Shown one piece after another: positions 16,591-28,500 of a stretch of 64,000 nt of DNA. A program made the translations under genes and the position numbers. The notes below the pieces were generated by a model. It worked only from the letters and a program-made list of their open reading frames with translations, did not search any database and was not told where the DNA came from. The stretch is from IMG/VR virus record IMGVR_UViG_3300047321_000238, positions 183,884 through 247,883 of that record; one strand, 5' to 3'. The stretch's first letter is position 1. The number at the start of each line of letters is the position of its first letter.

Positions 16591-16638
16591 TACGTCTAGT
16601 ACGTATATAAATATAACATATGTACAAACAATATGCAA
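16591..16638 (-). promoter_or_regulatory. Sigma-A-type promoter with a TACGT-N5-ACGTA operator near +1
   Basis: TTGCAT-17 bp-TATATT with an extended TG; TACGTCTAGTACGTA at 16591-16605. Confidence 0.65.
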
Positions 16639-16653
16639 GAGGAATTTTCCAAT

Positions 16654-17766
16654 TTATCTATTCTCTATATGAAACTTTAACGCAAATATGGTAGAATTGG
16701 CAGATATAGTAGTGCTAACTTGTCCAATAGGAACTTTGAAATATATTTTCTTAATATTTCTAGATATAGTTTTCCTTGTGTTTTCAGAAGGTTCTAGTTC
16801 TGTAGTTAAAATTCCATTAACTTTATCTAAATATATTTTGATATCTTGTTCTAATAAAGTTGTAGTTATTATTCCAGTAGGAGTATATATATCTACTTTA
16901 TTATTAACATAATCTATATATTCCTCTGAAGTATATGAAAGTTCTACATAAGAATCATTTCTAAAATCAGCTTCGTAGAAATATATATGCTTTAATCCAA
17001 AAGGAATTATTTCTTCACCACTTTTTATAGTACTATATTTAGGAACAATTACAAATTCTACTTTTCTAAATAAATACTTTTGGTCTAAGATAATTCTTGT
17101 TTTACCTACGTTTGTAATTGCATCTATTGTTTTAGTTGCAGTTACATCATTAGCATCATAGATTTTAATACTTTCTATATCAAATGACTTCATTAAGAAA
17201 GGATCGATTTCTATCATGTTGAACTTATTAATTCCATAAGCTTTTTGTGTGTCTATAGAAACTCTTATTGTAATCTTATTGTCTTTAGCGATATAAGCTG
17301 TTCCGACTGTGTCAGTAGCGATTGAAGTGCTTGACGCATATTCTTCAAAGAACACTTTCTTCGATGCTACAGTGTCTTCCTTTAAGATGTTTTTATAAAA
17401 GTCATTCTCTACTCCATTGATTGCAACTTTCATTTCATCTTTAAAATATATAGCATCACTATTAACAGGTTTTAGATTAAACATATTAATAGGTTCTTTC
17501 TTAAAGTATGGATGTACATTATTACAGTACGTAGAATACAATCCTTCATTGTTATTATCAAGTAATATATATACACCATCTTGTGGCACTGCATTGCTCA
17601 GTTGCTCTACAGATGTATTTAAATAACTTATCTCATGGTCTAATACTGTAAGTTTAGTTTGCATATCATTCTTTATAGTAGTAATGCCATTATTCATAGT
17701 TAGAATCTTATCTTGAGTATCTGACAATATATCATTCAAGTCTTGTGATGACATTTTCTTTATCAT
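16654..17766 (-). CDS. Putative virion structural protein
   Basis: N-terminal coiled coil plus beta-rich domain; last gene of the structural cluster. Confidence 0.6.
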   Translation of the reverse strand: MIKKMSSQDLNDILSDTQDKILTMNNGITTIKNDMQTKLTVLDHEISYLNTSVEQLSNAVPQDGVYILLDNNNEGLYSTYCNNVHPYFKKEPINMFNLKPVNSDAIYFKDEMKVAINGVENDFYKNILKEDTVASKKVFFEEYASSTSIATDTVGTAYIAKDNKITIRVSIDTQKAYGINKFNMIEIDPFLMKSFDIESIKIYDANDVTATKTIDAITNVGKTRIILDQKYLFRKVEFVIVPKYSTIKSGEEIIPFGLKHIYFYEADFRNDSYVELSYTSEEYIDYVNNKVDIYTPTGIITTTLLEQDIKIYLDKVNGILTTELEPSENTRKTISRNIKKIYFKVPIGQVSTTISANSTIFALKFHIENR

Positions 17767-18021
17767 TTAATATTCCCCCTTATAATTATGAAACTTAGTA
17801 AATATTTGTTCAGTGATTCCTATTTCTTTAGATGTTCCTAATAACTTATCGTATAAGCTATTAATAGAATCATAAATTGAATTTAGAGATTCCTGTTCCA
17901 TGTCTGATTGACTTAACTCATTGAGCTCCGCTAAATTAACAGCATTATATAACTGCAATATATTCAAGACAAACTTATCATATTCATATGGTCCACGTTC
18001 TCTCATGTTGTACAAAATCAT
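17767..18021 (-). CDS. Putative virion structural protein (small)
   Basis: GGAGG RBS; operon context; RERGPYEY N-terminal motif. Confidence 0.55.
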   Translation of the reverse strand: MILYNMRERGPYEYDKFVLNILQLYNAVNLAELNELSQSDMEQESLNSIYDSINSLYDKLLGTSKEIGITEQIFTKFHNYKGEY

Positions 18022-18033
18022 ATAAGTGCCCTC

Positions 18034-19224
18034 CTAATTCATTTTCTTTATAACTATATTCTCTATAGATACATTGTTGTTGTTATCATTATAGATCTTA
18101 AGCTTAGATTCGTATGTCTTGGAAGCACCTGCTGCTTCTTCTATAATATGAAAGTCTGTTACTATATTTGGTCCAGTGTAATATAACTTATTGTTATTTA
18201 TGATTCCATCTTCATTTATTGCATAGATATTGCCTTTATCTAGCGACACCTCAAAGCAGAAGTCTTCATCGCATTCTAAGAAGAAGTGATGAACAGGACT
18301 CAGGTTAGTTACAGTGTTGTCTTCTATAGGGAAATTAGTTGATATTGGTTTCTTATTAAAGTTAAATGATATTGTATTACCACCAACTACATAGAAGTTA
18401 ATGTATAACTTATCATTAAATAATAGTACACCAGAACTATTAGGTACATCCTGTACGCTATATACGTTAGTTGCTTTGTTATTTATAAACATCTTATCTT
18501 TTCCGCCGAGGATAGTATATTTGTTTTTAGTTACTATATCATTAGATAAGTTTATTAAAATGGGCCCACTAACTGCTTGAGTCTCTGATAAAGAATAATC
18601 ATATGCTGCAGTAGTCTTTTTACCTGGAATAGTTAATGTAGCATTCCCTATATTATAAGGAGATATAGTTAGCTCTTCGTCCCCGTTTGTAAATGAGAAG
18701 ACTATATTATTGTTGTCAGTGTTATTTACATTTGCTATGCATGCGATCTCTGACGCCTCTTCTACAGTGATTGAAGATAAATCTACTATTGTAGTACTGT
18801 TATCATTTGAGATAGTAAAGTTATTATTTTGGAATAGTAATGTTTCTCCAAGAGTAGTTGAGTTATTTTCATAACTAGCACGCGTCTTATAAGTATCTAC
18901 TACAGAGTTAAGCTCATTGATGTATGAGTTTATATAATTCTGCAGGTCGTTAAATTCTTTAATAGCTAAATCTTCTAGTATTCCGTAGAGGATTTTTATA
19001 TCAGTATATATCATCTTTATACTTTCATTGAATTCAATTGCATCGAAGTTCTCTCCAAGTACTTTATTGTAGTTCTTGAATATAGATAAATTTAAATCTA
19101 TATTATCCAAGTGATTTGTTATTAAAGTGTTATCTGGATAAATTCCCTTTTGAATAAATTGTTGAAGTATCTTTTCTTTTTGATATATAAGTTTTTGTTC
19201 TACATCTAAGTATTGCTCACTCAT
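18034..19224 (-). CDS. Putative virion structural protein
   Basis: Helical N-terminus and beta-rich C-terminus; translationally coupled to its neighbours. Confidence 0.6.
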   Translation of the reverse strand: MSEQYLDVEQKLIYQKEKILQQFIQKGIYPDNTLITNHLDNIDLNLSIFKNYNKVLGENFDAIEFNESIKMIYTDIKILYGILEDLAIKEFNDLQNYINSYINELNSVVDTYKTRASYENNSTTLGETLLFQNNNFTISNDNSTTIVDLSSITVEEASEIACIANVNNTDNNNIVFSFTNGDEELTISPYNIGNATLTIPGKKTTAAYDYSLSETQAVSGPILINLSNDIVTKNKYTILGGKDKMFINNKATNVYSVQDVPNSSGVLLFNDKLYINFYVVGGNTISFNFNKKPISTNFPIEDNTVTNLSPVHHFFLECDEDFCFEVSLDKGNIYAINEDGIINNNKLYYTGPNIVTDFHIIEEAAGASKTYESKLKIYNDNNNNVSIENIVIKKMN

Positions 19225-20513
19225 TAGTTATAACCTCCTACTAGTAGTTTCAGATTTGAAATGTATGGCGTGATACTTGTTGAAGAGCTTATAACTATTT
19301 TAAGTTTTGCACTCTTAATACTTTCTTCTATATATATAGTGTTATCTAATTGATAAGTTTGAGAAGATGTTCTTATTATCTTCTTACCATTACGTTGACT
19401 ATTTACTGGAGTTATTTCGTGTTCAGTTCCATTTATAATCAAGTAATACTTCACAGTATTCTCTATATCGTAATCTGAACTGATGTATTCATTACAATAA
19501 AGTCCTATATACTTTACTGGATCCGTGATCAATTCTTTTGATACAGCAGTTCCTTTTCCATATACATTCTTAGATAACGTGATTCCATTTAATTTAATCA
19601 CATGTCTCTTAGCTGATGCAACTTGAACAATCTTCTTAGTTACTGTTGTAGTGTCACTAAATGCTTTTATATATGCAATTGTGTCATCAGTATATCCATT
19701 TGATTTAAAACATAACTTTACATACTTACTAGGTTTTACTGATATGATACCTGAGCCATAGATGTAAGATTGATCATTGTATTTTTCCTGATTCTTATTA
19801 ATTTGAATGTTGTACGTTCTGTCTAAAGTAAAAGAGGAACCATCATCAGATATATAAACCTCTTTCAATATTAAATCAGTTCTATCACTATTAACTAATA
19901 CTTTGTTTATATAATCAGAAGAGCTTAGAACTATAGAACACTTTGCCTCTATTGAGTCTTTATTAAAAGATAGAGGAGCCGTCTCGCTATTGTTAATTGT
20001 TAGTCTTTCATATTCATACGAAGTGGTTAAGTTACCATCACCTATATATGAAGTATTGCTTGTATCTAAAACATCAGAGATAAACTCTTCATTTTGGTAT
20101 ACATAAGTATTACCAGCCTGGCCATTACCACTAATATCTTTCACTGTATATGTTAAAGGTGTTGTGCTATTAACATTGGCAGTTAAGATTCCATCTGTAA
20201 AAGTTAAACCTGCTTCGAAGTTTGGCTCTCCTAAAGTAATTACAGAAGAGAAGTCAGAGTATTTATTACATAAGATGTTTATATCTTCTTGTCTTTCCTT
20301 TTCTGTATTCAATAGCTCTTTTATATTATTAAGTTTTAATTTAGTGCTTTCCATTAAAGAGTTATAATTAGAAGCAACCATTGTTAATGTATCATCTATA
20401 TATTTCAAATCAGTGTCTATTTGAGTTATATTTAAATTTAATTCATCTACAATAGGTTCTTCTTCTGGATGTATATATATAGGATTAAAATTCATATCTG
20501 TTATACTGTCCAT
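19224..20513 (-). CDS. Putative virion structural protein
   Basis: Same architecture as its neighbours; C-terminal YYLIING...TPYISNLK. Confidence 0.6.
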   Translation of the reverse strand: MDSITDMNFNPIYIHPEEEPIVDELNLNITQIDTDLKYIDDTLTMVASNYNSLMESTKLKLNNIKELLNTEKERQEDINILCNKYSDFSSVITLGEPNFEAGLTFTDGILTANVNSTTPLTYTVKDISGNGQAGNTYVYQNEEFISDVLDTSNTSYIGDGNLTTSYEYERLTINNSETAPLSFNKDSIEAKCSIVLSSSDYINKVLVNSDRTDLILKEVYISDDGSSFTLDRTYNIQINKNQEKYNDQSYIYGSGIISVKPSKYVKLCFKSNGYTDDTIAYIKAFSDTTTVTKKIVQVASAKRHVIKLNGITLSKNVYGKGTAVSKELITDPVKYIGLYCNEYISSDYDIENTVKYYLIINGTEHEITPVNSQRNGKKIIRTSSQTYQLDNTIYIEESIKSAKLKIVISSSTSITPYISNLKLLVGGYN

Positions 20514-21868
20514 AAGTTGTTACCTCCGTACTTCTTTATTTTTATATTATTAATAAAGCTAACATAATTAGTATCATAAGATCTAATTATTACTTTTATT
20601 TTTATAGAGTCATTAATTAAGTTTCCAATAGTATTGATTACTGGAACATAAGAAACTGTATAATTTCCGCCAGAAGTATTAATAGCATCATACAACGATA
20701 CGTTAACTATTTCATTATTCATTTTAACAACTGGAGCAACCTTAGTATCAACAGTAAATCTTGTAGGTGATTTATAAAATATCTTTTCATCAACTACTTG
20801 AGTTTGATTCTCTGGAAGCATTGGGATTGTCTCTGAGCCATTTATAATATAGTATTCTATACTTCCTCTTTCTACAGAGTCTTCTGCATATAAAGTTAAA
20901 TGTTCATTTGTATTTAACTTCCCAATACTTACTTCTTTAGAATAGAAGCCACTCTTTTCATATACAGTTACATATTGAGCAGAGATACTGTCAATACCAA
21001 ATAAATAATAATAATATTTAGTAGCACCTACAGTTGAATTTGTATCTGTATTTACATCATTGATTATAGATGTAAAGTTAGTTGATGTTATATCAGAATA
21101 ATTAGTTTGAGATACAGAATAGTTTGAGCAGGATACTATTACAGAAACCGAATCAACATATTGTGTTTCAAATAAATTTAACTTATCAATATCTAAGTCT
21201 TTAGTTTTATTGTTTTCTAAGTTAAGTGTGACAGATTTTATTTTGCAATTAGATAAATTCAATTTAAGTTTATTTAATTTAACTGTGCTATTGAATTTAA
21301 AAGTTATAGTTTCCTCTATTGGTGCAGAGCTAATTGCTTTGAATGCATATAAAGATCTGTAGTTTTTTGCAGTCAAGTAATTTGCTTCGTTGCTATATAT
21401 GCAAGTTTGGCTTCTTTTTATTGCGAAGTAAGACATAAGATAAGAAGCTATTACGTTATCTGCTAAGGTAAGTTTACCGTCATATACAGTTGCTGTGTTA
21501 ATTATTGAATTGTCTCTATCTATTATATTATTTAATCCAAAATAAAATGGCACTGAATATTTAATATATGTTTTATCTTTAACTAAATCCTTATCATCTT
21601 CTATTGATTGAAGAAGAGTTTTGCAATCTGTAATACTGCTATTAATTTCATTAGTCAAGAAAGTTTTAGAGTATTTGATTAAGTCTTGTAGAGTTCTATT
21701 TTTCTCATACAAGAAGTTAAGTGAATCCTCAATATACTTAAAAGTATTATTGAAAGAATCTGAGTCTAATATCTTGCTTTGTAAATCTATATTATTTTCT
21801 ACATTTGTACTTAAGCTATGATTTAATATAAAATCCATGTTTGCATTAAAGTCATAATTGTTTGCCAT
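20501..21868 (-). CDS. Putative virion structural protein
   Basis: SIEYYIING...IPMLP motif; follows a putative late promoter. Confidence 0.6.
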   Translation of the reverse strand: MANNYDFNANMDFILNHSLSTNVENNIDLQSKILDSDSFNNTFKYIEDSLNFLYEKNRTLQDLIKYSKTFLTNEINSSITDCKTLLQSIEDDKDLVKDKTYIKYSVPFYFGLNNIIDRDNSIINTATVYDGKLTLADNVIASYLMSYFAIKRSQTCIYSNEANYLTAKNYRSLYAFKAISSAPIEETITFKFNSTVKLNKLKLNLSNCKIKSVTLNLENNKTKDLDIDKLNLFETQYVDSVSVIVSCSNYSVSQTNYSDITSTNFTSIINDVNTDTNSTVGATKYYYYLFGIDSISAQYVTVYEKSGFYSKEVSIGKLNTNEHLTLYAEDSVERGSIEYYIINGSETIPMLPENQTQVVDEKIFYKSPTRFTVDTKVAPVVKMNNEIVNVSLYDAINTSGGNYTVSYVPVINTIGNLINDSIKIKVIIRSYDTNYVSFINNIKIKKYGGNNLWTV

Positions 21869-21887
21869 TACGAATCACCTCTTTTTA

Positions 21888-21917
21888 TATATTACTTAAA
21901 GAAAATATGTTATAAAT
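21888..21917 (-). promoter_or_regulatory. Putative phage late promoter
   Basis: ATTTATA-N15-GTAATATA. Confidence 0.55.
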
Positions 21918-21945
21918 AAAAAGCCCAGGAATAATTCCTGAGCCT
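21918..21945 (-). terminator. Intrinsic terminator
   Basis: GGCTCAGGAAT/ATTCCTGGGC stem followed by TTTTT on the minus strand. Confidence 0.75.
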
Positions 21946-21952
21946 AATATTA

Positions 21953-23410
21953 TTATGGCCATAGTTGGCACAATGCATATTCTTGGTCATGTGTTTTGTC
22001 TTCTAATAATCTACCAACACTATGATCAGTTTTATGATGTGTAGTAACAAACGTAACATGTTCTCCGTTTAAGTTAAAGATATTAACATAGTTACCTACT
22101 TTTCCACTAACCTCTGTGCCAAGTTTACATTTAATTCTTCCTACTAATGTTACTGCAACCATTCTACCTGAATCAACATCATCTCTATCAGCTCCAAATA
22201 AAGTTGCATACTCATTAGATACGAATCCTAAGAATCTTTTACTATTGGCTTCATCGTATTTAGTTACTTTTAAGCCACCTTCTTCACACAAGCTAACTGG
22301 ATCTCCAGGTTGCAAGTCGCAAGTTGGAATGTAAGCTTCTGCTATATCTGCAAACCATGGATTGAAAACCCTTGCTCCAGTAATATCTCCAGTTGATTTT
22401 ATATCTCCATTTACTTCTAAGTTTACTTTTGTGCCATCAGTACTTTTCATTACAACGTTACCGTTTATTAATGCTGTGTTATAACGCTCTTGATTATCTA
22501 CAACTACAATTGGTTGTATTTTTATAGAGTTATTTATAAGTAATTGCGTACTTGCATTTAACTTAGTTATTGATACTGCACCGTCAGCTATAAGATTAGT
22601 TGTGATATTATTGTTTTTAATTTTAGAACTTAATATTGAATTATCAAGTATCTTGAATCCATCTACTGCCTCTATGTGACTATCCTTAATTGCATAGTTA
22701 GGAATTTTATTTCCACTTACTGCACCTGTAGCTATTTTCTCTGCAGTAATGCAAAGATTATCTAAGTGAATAGTCTTTACTTCTTTAACTCCAATATTGT
22801 TAGCTAGAATAGCATTGTCTGCAATTAATCCATTTAAAATAGTCTTAGCTACAATTTTATCTCCTGTTATAGATGCATCAACAATTTGATCAGCAGAAAC
22901 AGAATCATCTGCAAGTAACTCTAGTGTTATATTTTTAGGAGTTATTTTATTTGTAGTTATTGCTCCATTGAAAATCTTATCACCCGTTATAGAGTTGTCA
23001 CAGATCTTACTTGTAATAATAGTGTTATCTTTTATTTTATCTGCATCTATACAATTTAATTCAAACTTGCTATCTGTAATAGCTTTGTCTGCAATTTTTA
23101 TTGTAGTTATACCAGCATCAATAATCTTATCTGGAGATATAGATAAGTCAACTAATTTAGCAGCGTGTAAGGAATTATCTTGAATCAATGCTGAATCAAA
23201 AGTTCCATCTTCAAATAAATCACTCATATCAAATGTATTCCATATTTTTGTTCCATCGCCAGCTAAATGTATATACTTAAGTCCACCAGAAGTTGGATCC
23301 AAAAAGATCGTGCCTGGTGCTAATGTAGAAGTATCACTATTGAATTGTGTCATTACTAATGTACGACCGTCTTTAAGTAAATACTCATTAATCTTCTTTA
23401 CTCCATCCAT
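21953..23410 (-). CDS. Tail fibre/spike with IxDxxIxxxK-type repeats and a C-terminal intramolecular-chaperone (peptidase G2-like) domain
   Basis: About 200 aa of 10-residue repeats; FADIAEAY motif; VAVTLVGRIKC; VGRLLED. Confidence 0.7.
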   Translation of the reverse strand: MDGVKKINEYLLKDGRTLVMTQFNSDTSTLAPGTIFLDPTSGGLKYIHLAGDGTKIWNTFDMSDLFEDGTFDSALIQDNSLHAAKLVDLSISPDKIIDAGITTIKIADKAITDSKFELNCIDADKIKDNTIITSKICDNSITGDKIFNGAITTNKITPKNITLELLADDSVSADQIVDASITGDKIVAKTILNGLIADNAILANNIGVKEVKTIHLDNLCITAEKIATGAVSGNKIPNYAIKDSHIEAVDGFKILDNSILSSKIKNNNITTNLIADGAVSITKLNASTQLLINNSIKIQPIVVVDNQERYNTALINGNVVMKSTDGTKVNLEVNGDIKSTGDITGARVFNPWFADIAEAYIPTCDLQPGDPVSLCEEGGLKVTKYDEANSKRFLGFVSNEYATLFGADRDDVDSGRMVAVTLVGRIKCKLGTEVSGKVGNYVNIFNLNGEHVTFVTTHHKTDHSVGRLLEDKTHDQEYALCQLWP

Positions 23411-23434
23411 TGTTATTTCACCTCCATATAAATG

Positions 23435-23466
23435 TCACACTGCTCTTAATATAAAGGGCAGTGTGA
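23435..23466 (-). terminator. Stem-loop or terminator
   Basis: TCACACTGC...GCAGTGTGA inverted repeat. Confidence 0.6.
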
Positions 23467-23472
23467 ATATTA

Positions 23473-25512
23473 TTAATAGTTCTTATCAAACGATAATATT
23501 AAATCATTAATTCTACCGATTAATTCATTGAATCCATTTTGAATATTTTCAGGTTTATTGATTTCAGCAAATTCAAATTTACTTTTCCATCTCATTTGGA
23601 ATTCGAATTCATTTGCTAATTTAGCTATTCCGTTATCATCATTTCCAAAGTTACCTTCAAATAACAATCTATCAGAAATTCTAGAACCAGCCTTATTGCT
23701 TCCTGTTGGAAGTACTGCAACTAAGTCTAAGTTTACTATTTCATTTGTAACTGCAGTAGACACGAATTCTTTTTTAACTGTATCAAAGTTTGTCCAATCA
23801 ACAAGGTATGGTTTTATAGATACATCGTAATTCATTCTATATACAGGGATCTTTGTAGAAGTGTTATTCTTTGTATATAGTTTTTCAATTCTTGAATCTA
23901 TAAAGATTGGAGCATATAACTCTACAGTGTTGCTTGTACTTTTCTTAACTGTACCAACTTGATTTCCTATAATAATTGTATCACCATCATCAAATCTTAA
24001 ATCAGTTGTTGAAGCAGCATATACATCTTCCTTAGCTAAAGTGAATTTAGTATAAGAAGCATCATAAGACTCTACATACCAACATCCTTCTCTTTCTATT
24101 CTAGTAGTTAATCTAGCTCTAGAAATATCAATAGGTTTTGGTAAGATTATCTTAACTGTATATAAACCTTCTTTATTACCGTATTCAGTTTGATCGATTA
24201 TTTCTTTAGTAGTTAACATGAATAACATATCGTATTTGTCTATATCATCTATAACACTGATAGATCTTTCTAAAGGATTAGATCCTGTATCAATTACAGT
24301 ATGGAAATCAAAACTTGCATTGTTCTTTTCTAAGTCTTCAATTAAGCTTGCACCATTCATGTAATAAGAGAATCTAATATTCCATAAGTTAGTTGCATCA
24401 GCATTAACACATTCTATTACAAACAAGTATTGAGTGTTAGAAATAACAGGATATTCATTTGTTGATAAATCAAAGAAGTTAAAAGCTAATTGTGATTCAT
24501 TGAAAGCGTCCTCAGCCTTTATTGGTTGAGATGTTGCAATAACTAGACCTTTATCTTTTGCATCTTGTATAGATGTAAATTTAGGAGCAAATACTCCTGT
24601 GTCATATATTGAATCTGCTTTAACTACGTGACATAATAAGTTTCCTGGATTTCCAATTGCTTTAGCTGTGATAGCAAAACTTGTTAGAGCTGCTTTAAAG
24701 TTTGTAACACAATTGTCAGGAACTTTAAAGTATATTGCATATCCTGTTCCTGTTGCACTTATTTGTCTTGGAGTAGTCATAGTATCATCTGATTGCATAT
24801 GATATCTTTCTTTACTTCCAATATCAACACCTGAAACTACTTTAGAGAAAGAGAAACTGTCTCTAAGATACATTCCTGAAGTCTTATGAAGTTCTATAGT
24901 ATCTTTATCAAATAACAAACTACTAGAAGGATAGAAAGTTATTTTATTAACACCGTCAGATGTTGCAACAGTAACTATTTGTTCTTCAGTAGTATCAGTC
25001 TTCTTAATTATAAAACTCTTGCCTACTTCAAAATCTCTTATCTTAGATTCATCAGATATAAACAATGTATCTGTAAGAGCTATAGAAGATTCAAAGATTC
25101 CACAAATAAGTCTTTCATATTTTATATTGTTATTTTTGAATGAATCTTGGAAACCTTCATAAGGAATAGTTTCTTCGATATATCCATTTTTAGATAGTTG
25201 AGATTTTAATTGATAAAGTTCATCTCTTAAATTCTTAACTTCTCCAGAGAATAGTGTAGACATATTATCTGCAACACCGATTATCTTAGTTCCATCTTCT
25301 GATGTCATATAATCATCTGCAACTAATCCACCTAATTTAAGTGAATTTTCTACTGTAGTGTTATCTCCAGCTACAGAGACAGCTAATGGATCTATAGCTG
25401 TCTCGATAGCTTCAGTAACAAGAGTATTTGTCATAAAGTTTCTGTTTTCCTTTAAATCACCTGCAATATCTTCCATAGGAAGAAAAGTGATACTTGGTTT
25501 TTCTAAAGCCAT
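23473..25512 (-). CDS. Putative virion structural protein
   Basis: GGAGG RBS before MALEKP; NSLKLGG fibre-like motif; operon context. Confidence 0.6.
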   Translation of the reverse strand: MALEKPSITFLPMEDIAGDLKENRNFMTNTLVTEAIETAIDPLAVSVAGDNTTVENSLKLGGLVADDYMTSEDGTKIIGVADNMSTLFSGEVKNLRDELYQLKSQLSKNGYIEETIPYEGFQDSFKNNNIKYERLICGIFESSIALTDTLFISDESKIRDFEVGKSFIIKKTDTTEEQIVTVATSDGVNKITFYPSSSLLFDKDTIELHKTSGMYLRDSFSFSKVVSGVDIGSKERYHMQSDDTMTTPRQISATGTGYAIYFKVPDNCVTNFKAALTSFAITAKAIGNPGNLLCHVVKADSIYDTGVFAPKFTSIQDAKDKGLVIATSQPIKAEDAFNESQLAFNFFDLSTNEYPVISNTQYLFVIECVNADATNLWNIRFSYYMNGASLIEDLEKNNASFDFHTVIDTGSNPLERSISVIDDIDKYDMLFMLTTKEIIDQTEYGNKEGLYTVKIILPKPIDISRARLTTRIEREGCWYVESYDASYTKFTLAKEDVYAASTTDLRFDDGDTIIIGNQVGTVKKSTSNTVELYAPIFIDSRIEKLYTKNNTSTKIPVYRMNYDVSIKPYLVDWTNFDTVKKEFVSTAVTNEIVNLDLVAVLPTGSNKAGSRISDRLLFEGNFGNDDNGIAKLANEFEFQMRWKSKFEFAEINKPENIQNGFNELIGRINDLILSFDKNY

Positions 25513-25516
25513 TTTA

Positions 25517-28500
25517 TTACCTCCACTCAAAAGTGATAAAGTTATTACCACTATTATCTATTAGATTTTCTATTTTCGTATCTTGTAATGTAATAGTTTT
25601 GTATTCATTCTTATAGGTATTACCATATGCATATCCATTTATATATATCATGATTGTATCTTTAGATTTAAATAAATCTTCTGGTAATCCATCTGCAACT
25701 CCAAAACTAGTTTGACCATACTTAAGGGTTAATGTTGCTTCTCTTAAACCTAAATCTGTTCTGCTTTCAACAGTGATTGAATCTATTACTTTATAAAAGT
25801 CTTTTACACTAGAAGGATTGTATGGGAATAATGGAGTAACTTCATCTCCAAGATTTGTTCCATGACCACCTATTAATGGATATTGAACTTGAATTGTATG
25901 AGAATCTATAACTGTATAAGCTTCAATCATATTTCCATCTATATCAGCATAAGCTCCGTATGGTTGTCTTAATCCATTAATGAATACTTTTATATTTCCT
26001 TTATTAAGATTTAAACTCTTGTTAGAATAAGTGTTGTTAGCATAAGCACCCTTAGAAGATAAAGCATCTTTATAAGTTAACACTGTTCTGTCGCATGCCA
26101 TAGATTCTCCTGTCTCACAAGGTTCAATTACATAGTAAATAGTATTTTTGTTTGGAGAACTTACAAGAGTAATTGTTGAGCCTAAATCTTTAATAGCTTG
26201 TAATTCAACATCAGTTAGTTCAACTTTCTTATATAAGTAATCAGTTGATCCATCTTTTACAGTTTTGTAAGTATAGTATCCATCGTAAGCATTAATTGCT
26301 TTACCTAGATTTGATCCATTCTCATGAGCAAGAACGAAACTGTTAGTTCCAATTAAATTACATTCTCTGTTAGTAGATTCATTAAATCCAGCTTCAAATG
26401 GAGATACAAGATTTTGTCTTATACCATTTAAGTAAACTGTTAATTCATTTCTACCTGGAGAATAATAATGTTTAGGACTTAATTTGAAATCCGACACACC
26501 ATCATTAATACCCATTTGACCATCAGGATCTACAAATCCAGTTAACAATTGTTTCTCTACAGTATCTGAATATACATAAGCAAAATAAGTGCAATATTTT
26601 TGATCTACTAAGTCTTTTAAAATAGTTACATTGTTATTATAAGATGTATAACCATTTGCATTAGACATTATTATTGCAGCTTCTGTTTCAGTTATTGTTT
26701 CCCACATTGAAGTATAGTCACTGTACATTACCCATTTGTCTTGAACTGTATTAAACAAGTGCTTAATTTCTCCGTGAACTCCTTCTTCAGATAATGTAGT
26801 TACAGTAACTGCATCAGTATCACAAATCAATCCATCTTTAACATAAAGAACAGTTGTGTCATTTCTTTCAGTTTTAACTACTACACTTGATATATTATCT
26901 TCAAATAAAACATTATCTGAATTTAAACCAGCTAAAGCACTAAAGTTATATATTGTATGCAAGTATCTTAAATCTTCATAAATGAATTCTGTCAATACTT
27001 CTACTCCTGTGTTAGGATCTGTCATGCTTTCTATGATTTGTCTCTTAGTAACATCTTCTTCTAATGGAGCTTGATTTTGAAGGTTAATAAGCAATTCAGT
27101 TTTTTCAATGATATCATCAATTGAAATATTCGAATTGATATCCGCAAGCATTACTACATTTTGACCTGCAACTAATCCATCTACTGATAGATAGTCTTCA
27201 AAAATATTTACATCTTTTTGTGATACCAAGATACCATCTACAAAAAGAATAGGAGATTCAGTATAATCTAAGAATAGAATATCTGGAGTAACTTGATTCT
27301 TATCTCTAGTGATTTTAATACCTACTTCACTATTTACATTTATAGCAGTAGTTGTGCCTCTATACATTTCAAGAGTTAAAGTGCTATCTTCAAACCAATC
27401 TGTTTCAGCTATAACCCAATCAATTTCTCCATTGTGAGCATCTACATAAGCTTGAGTAAAGTTAGTAAAATAAACGGCTGTTAAATCATCAGGATAGAAA
27501 GCAAAGTCATTTAGAGGATCTACTTGAATCCCAGATATGAAACACATACAATGTGCAGTGTTATATGGAATAGCATTAATATCTATTCTATAACCTCTAC
27601 CTGATATATAACTTGCAGCATTATAACTATCAGTAGTTATTGTACCTTTAAATAGATTAGGGAATTTAAGTACTGATATATCCATTCTTTCATCTGGAGA
27701 AACTAATAACTTATCTTTGAATTCTATATATTCAGTATCATAATTGTAAGTATAAGTATCGTCAGCTTGTTGATAGAATAGCCCTTGAGCAAATACTGCG
27801 ATAAATCTATCATTTTCTTTACCTATATATATTGAAGTTTCGTCATTTAATTGAACTTTCTTTCTATATAAAAGACCAACTTTTTTAGCTGATGAAATAA
27901 AATCATAATGAATTGCATATATATAGTCATACTTCATTGCAACCTTATCTGATATTTTAATACATACATTATTGTTATATAATGCAGAACAATAATCATA
28001 TACTGTGTCAGAAGTTGTTTCAAATAATAATGTTCCAATACCATCTATGATTCCATAGAATTCAGTATTCTCTTTTATAATAGGAACTATTTTTGAAGTC
28101 TTATCTAACTTAATAAAATGCTTTGTTATTTTATCAACTCTAACTGGATTAACATGAATAGCACTTACCATCTTGTAAGCTTCATCTTTTCCATAATGGT
28201 ATTCATCATTGTCTAGATAGCTTCCAGCATCATCTTTATCTCTCATAAGATCTGATTCAGGAATATATAAAGCAATATTAGTGTTAGCTATATATCCTTC
28301 ATCTTCAGTAATAGGTTTTATGTCTACAGTATCTGAAGGAATATCAGTAGCACCATCTACTAACAAAGTAGCAGTATCGTAATAACCTGCGTCATTATCA
28401 ATATCAAATCTTAAACTATCATGAATAACAGAATCGTCTTCATAACCAAATGTAAGACCAAATGATTTGTAAAGAGTTTCTTTTATATCATCTAATACAG

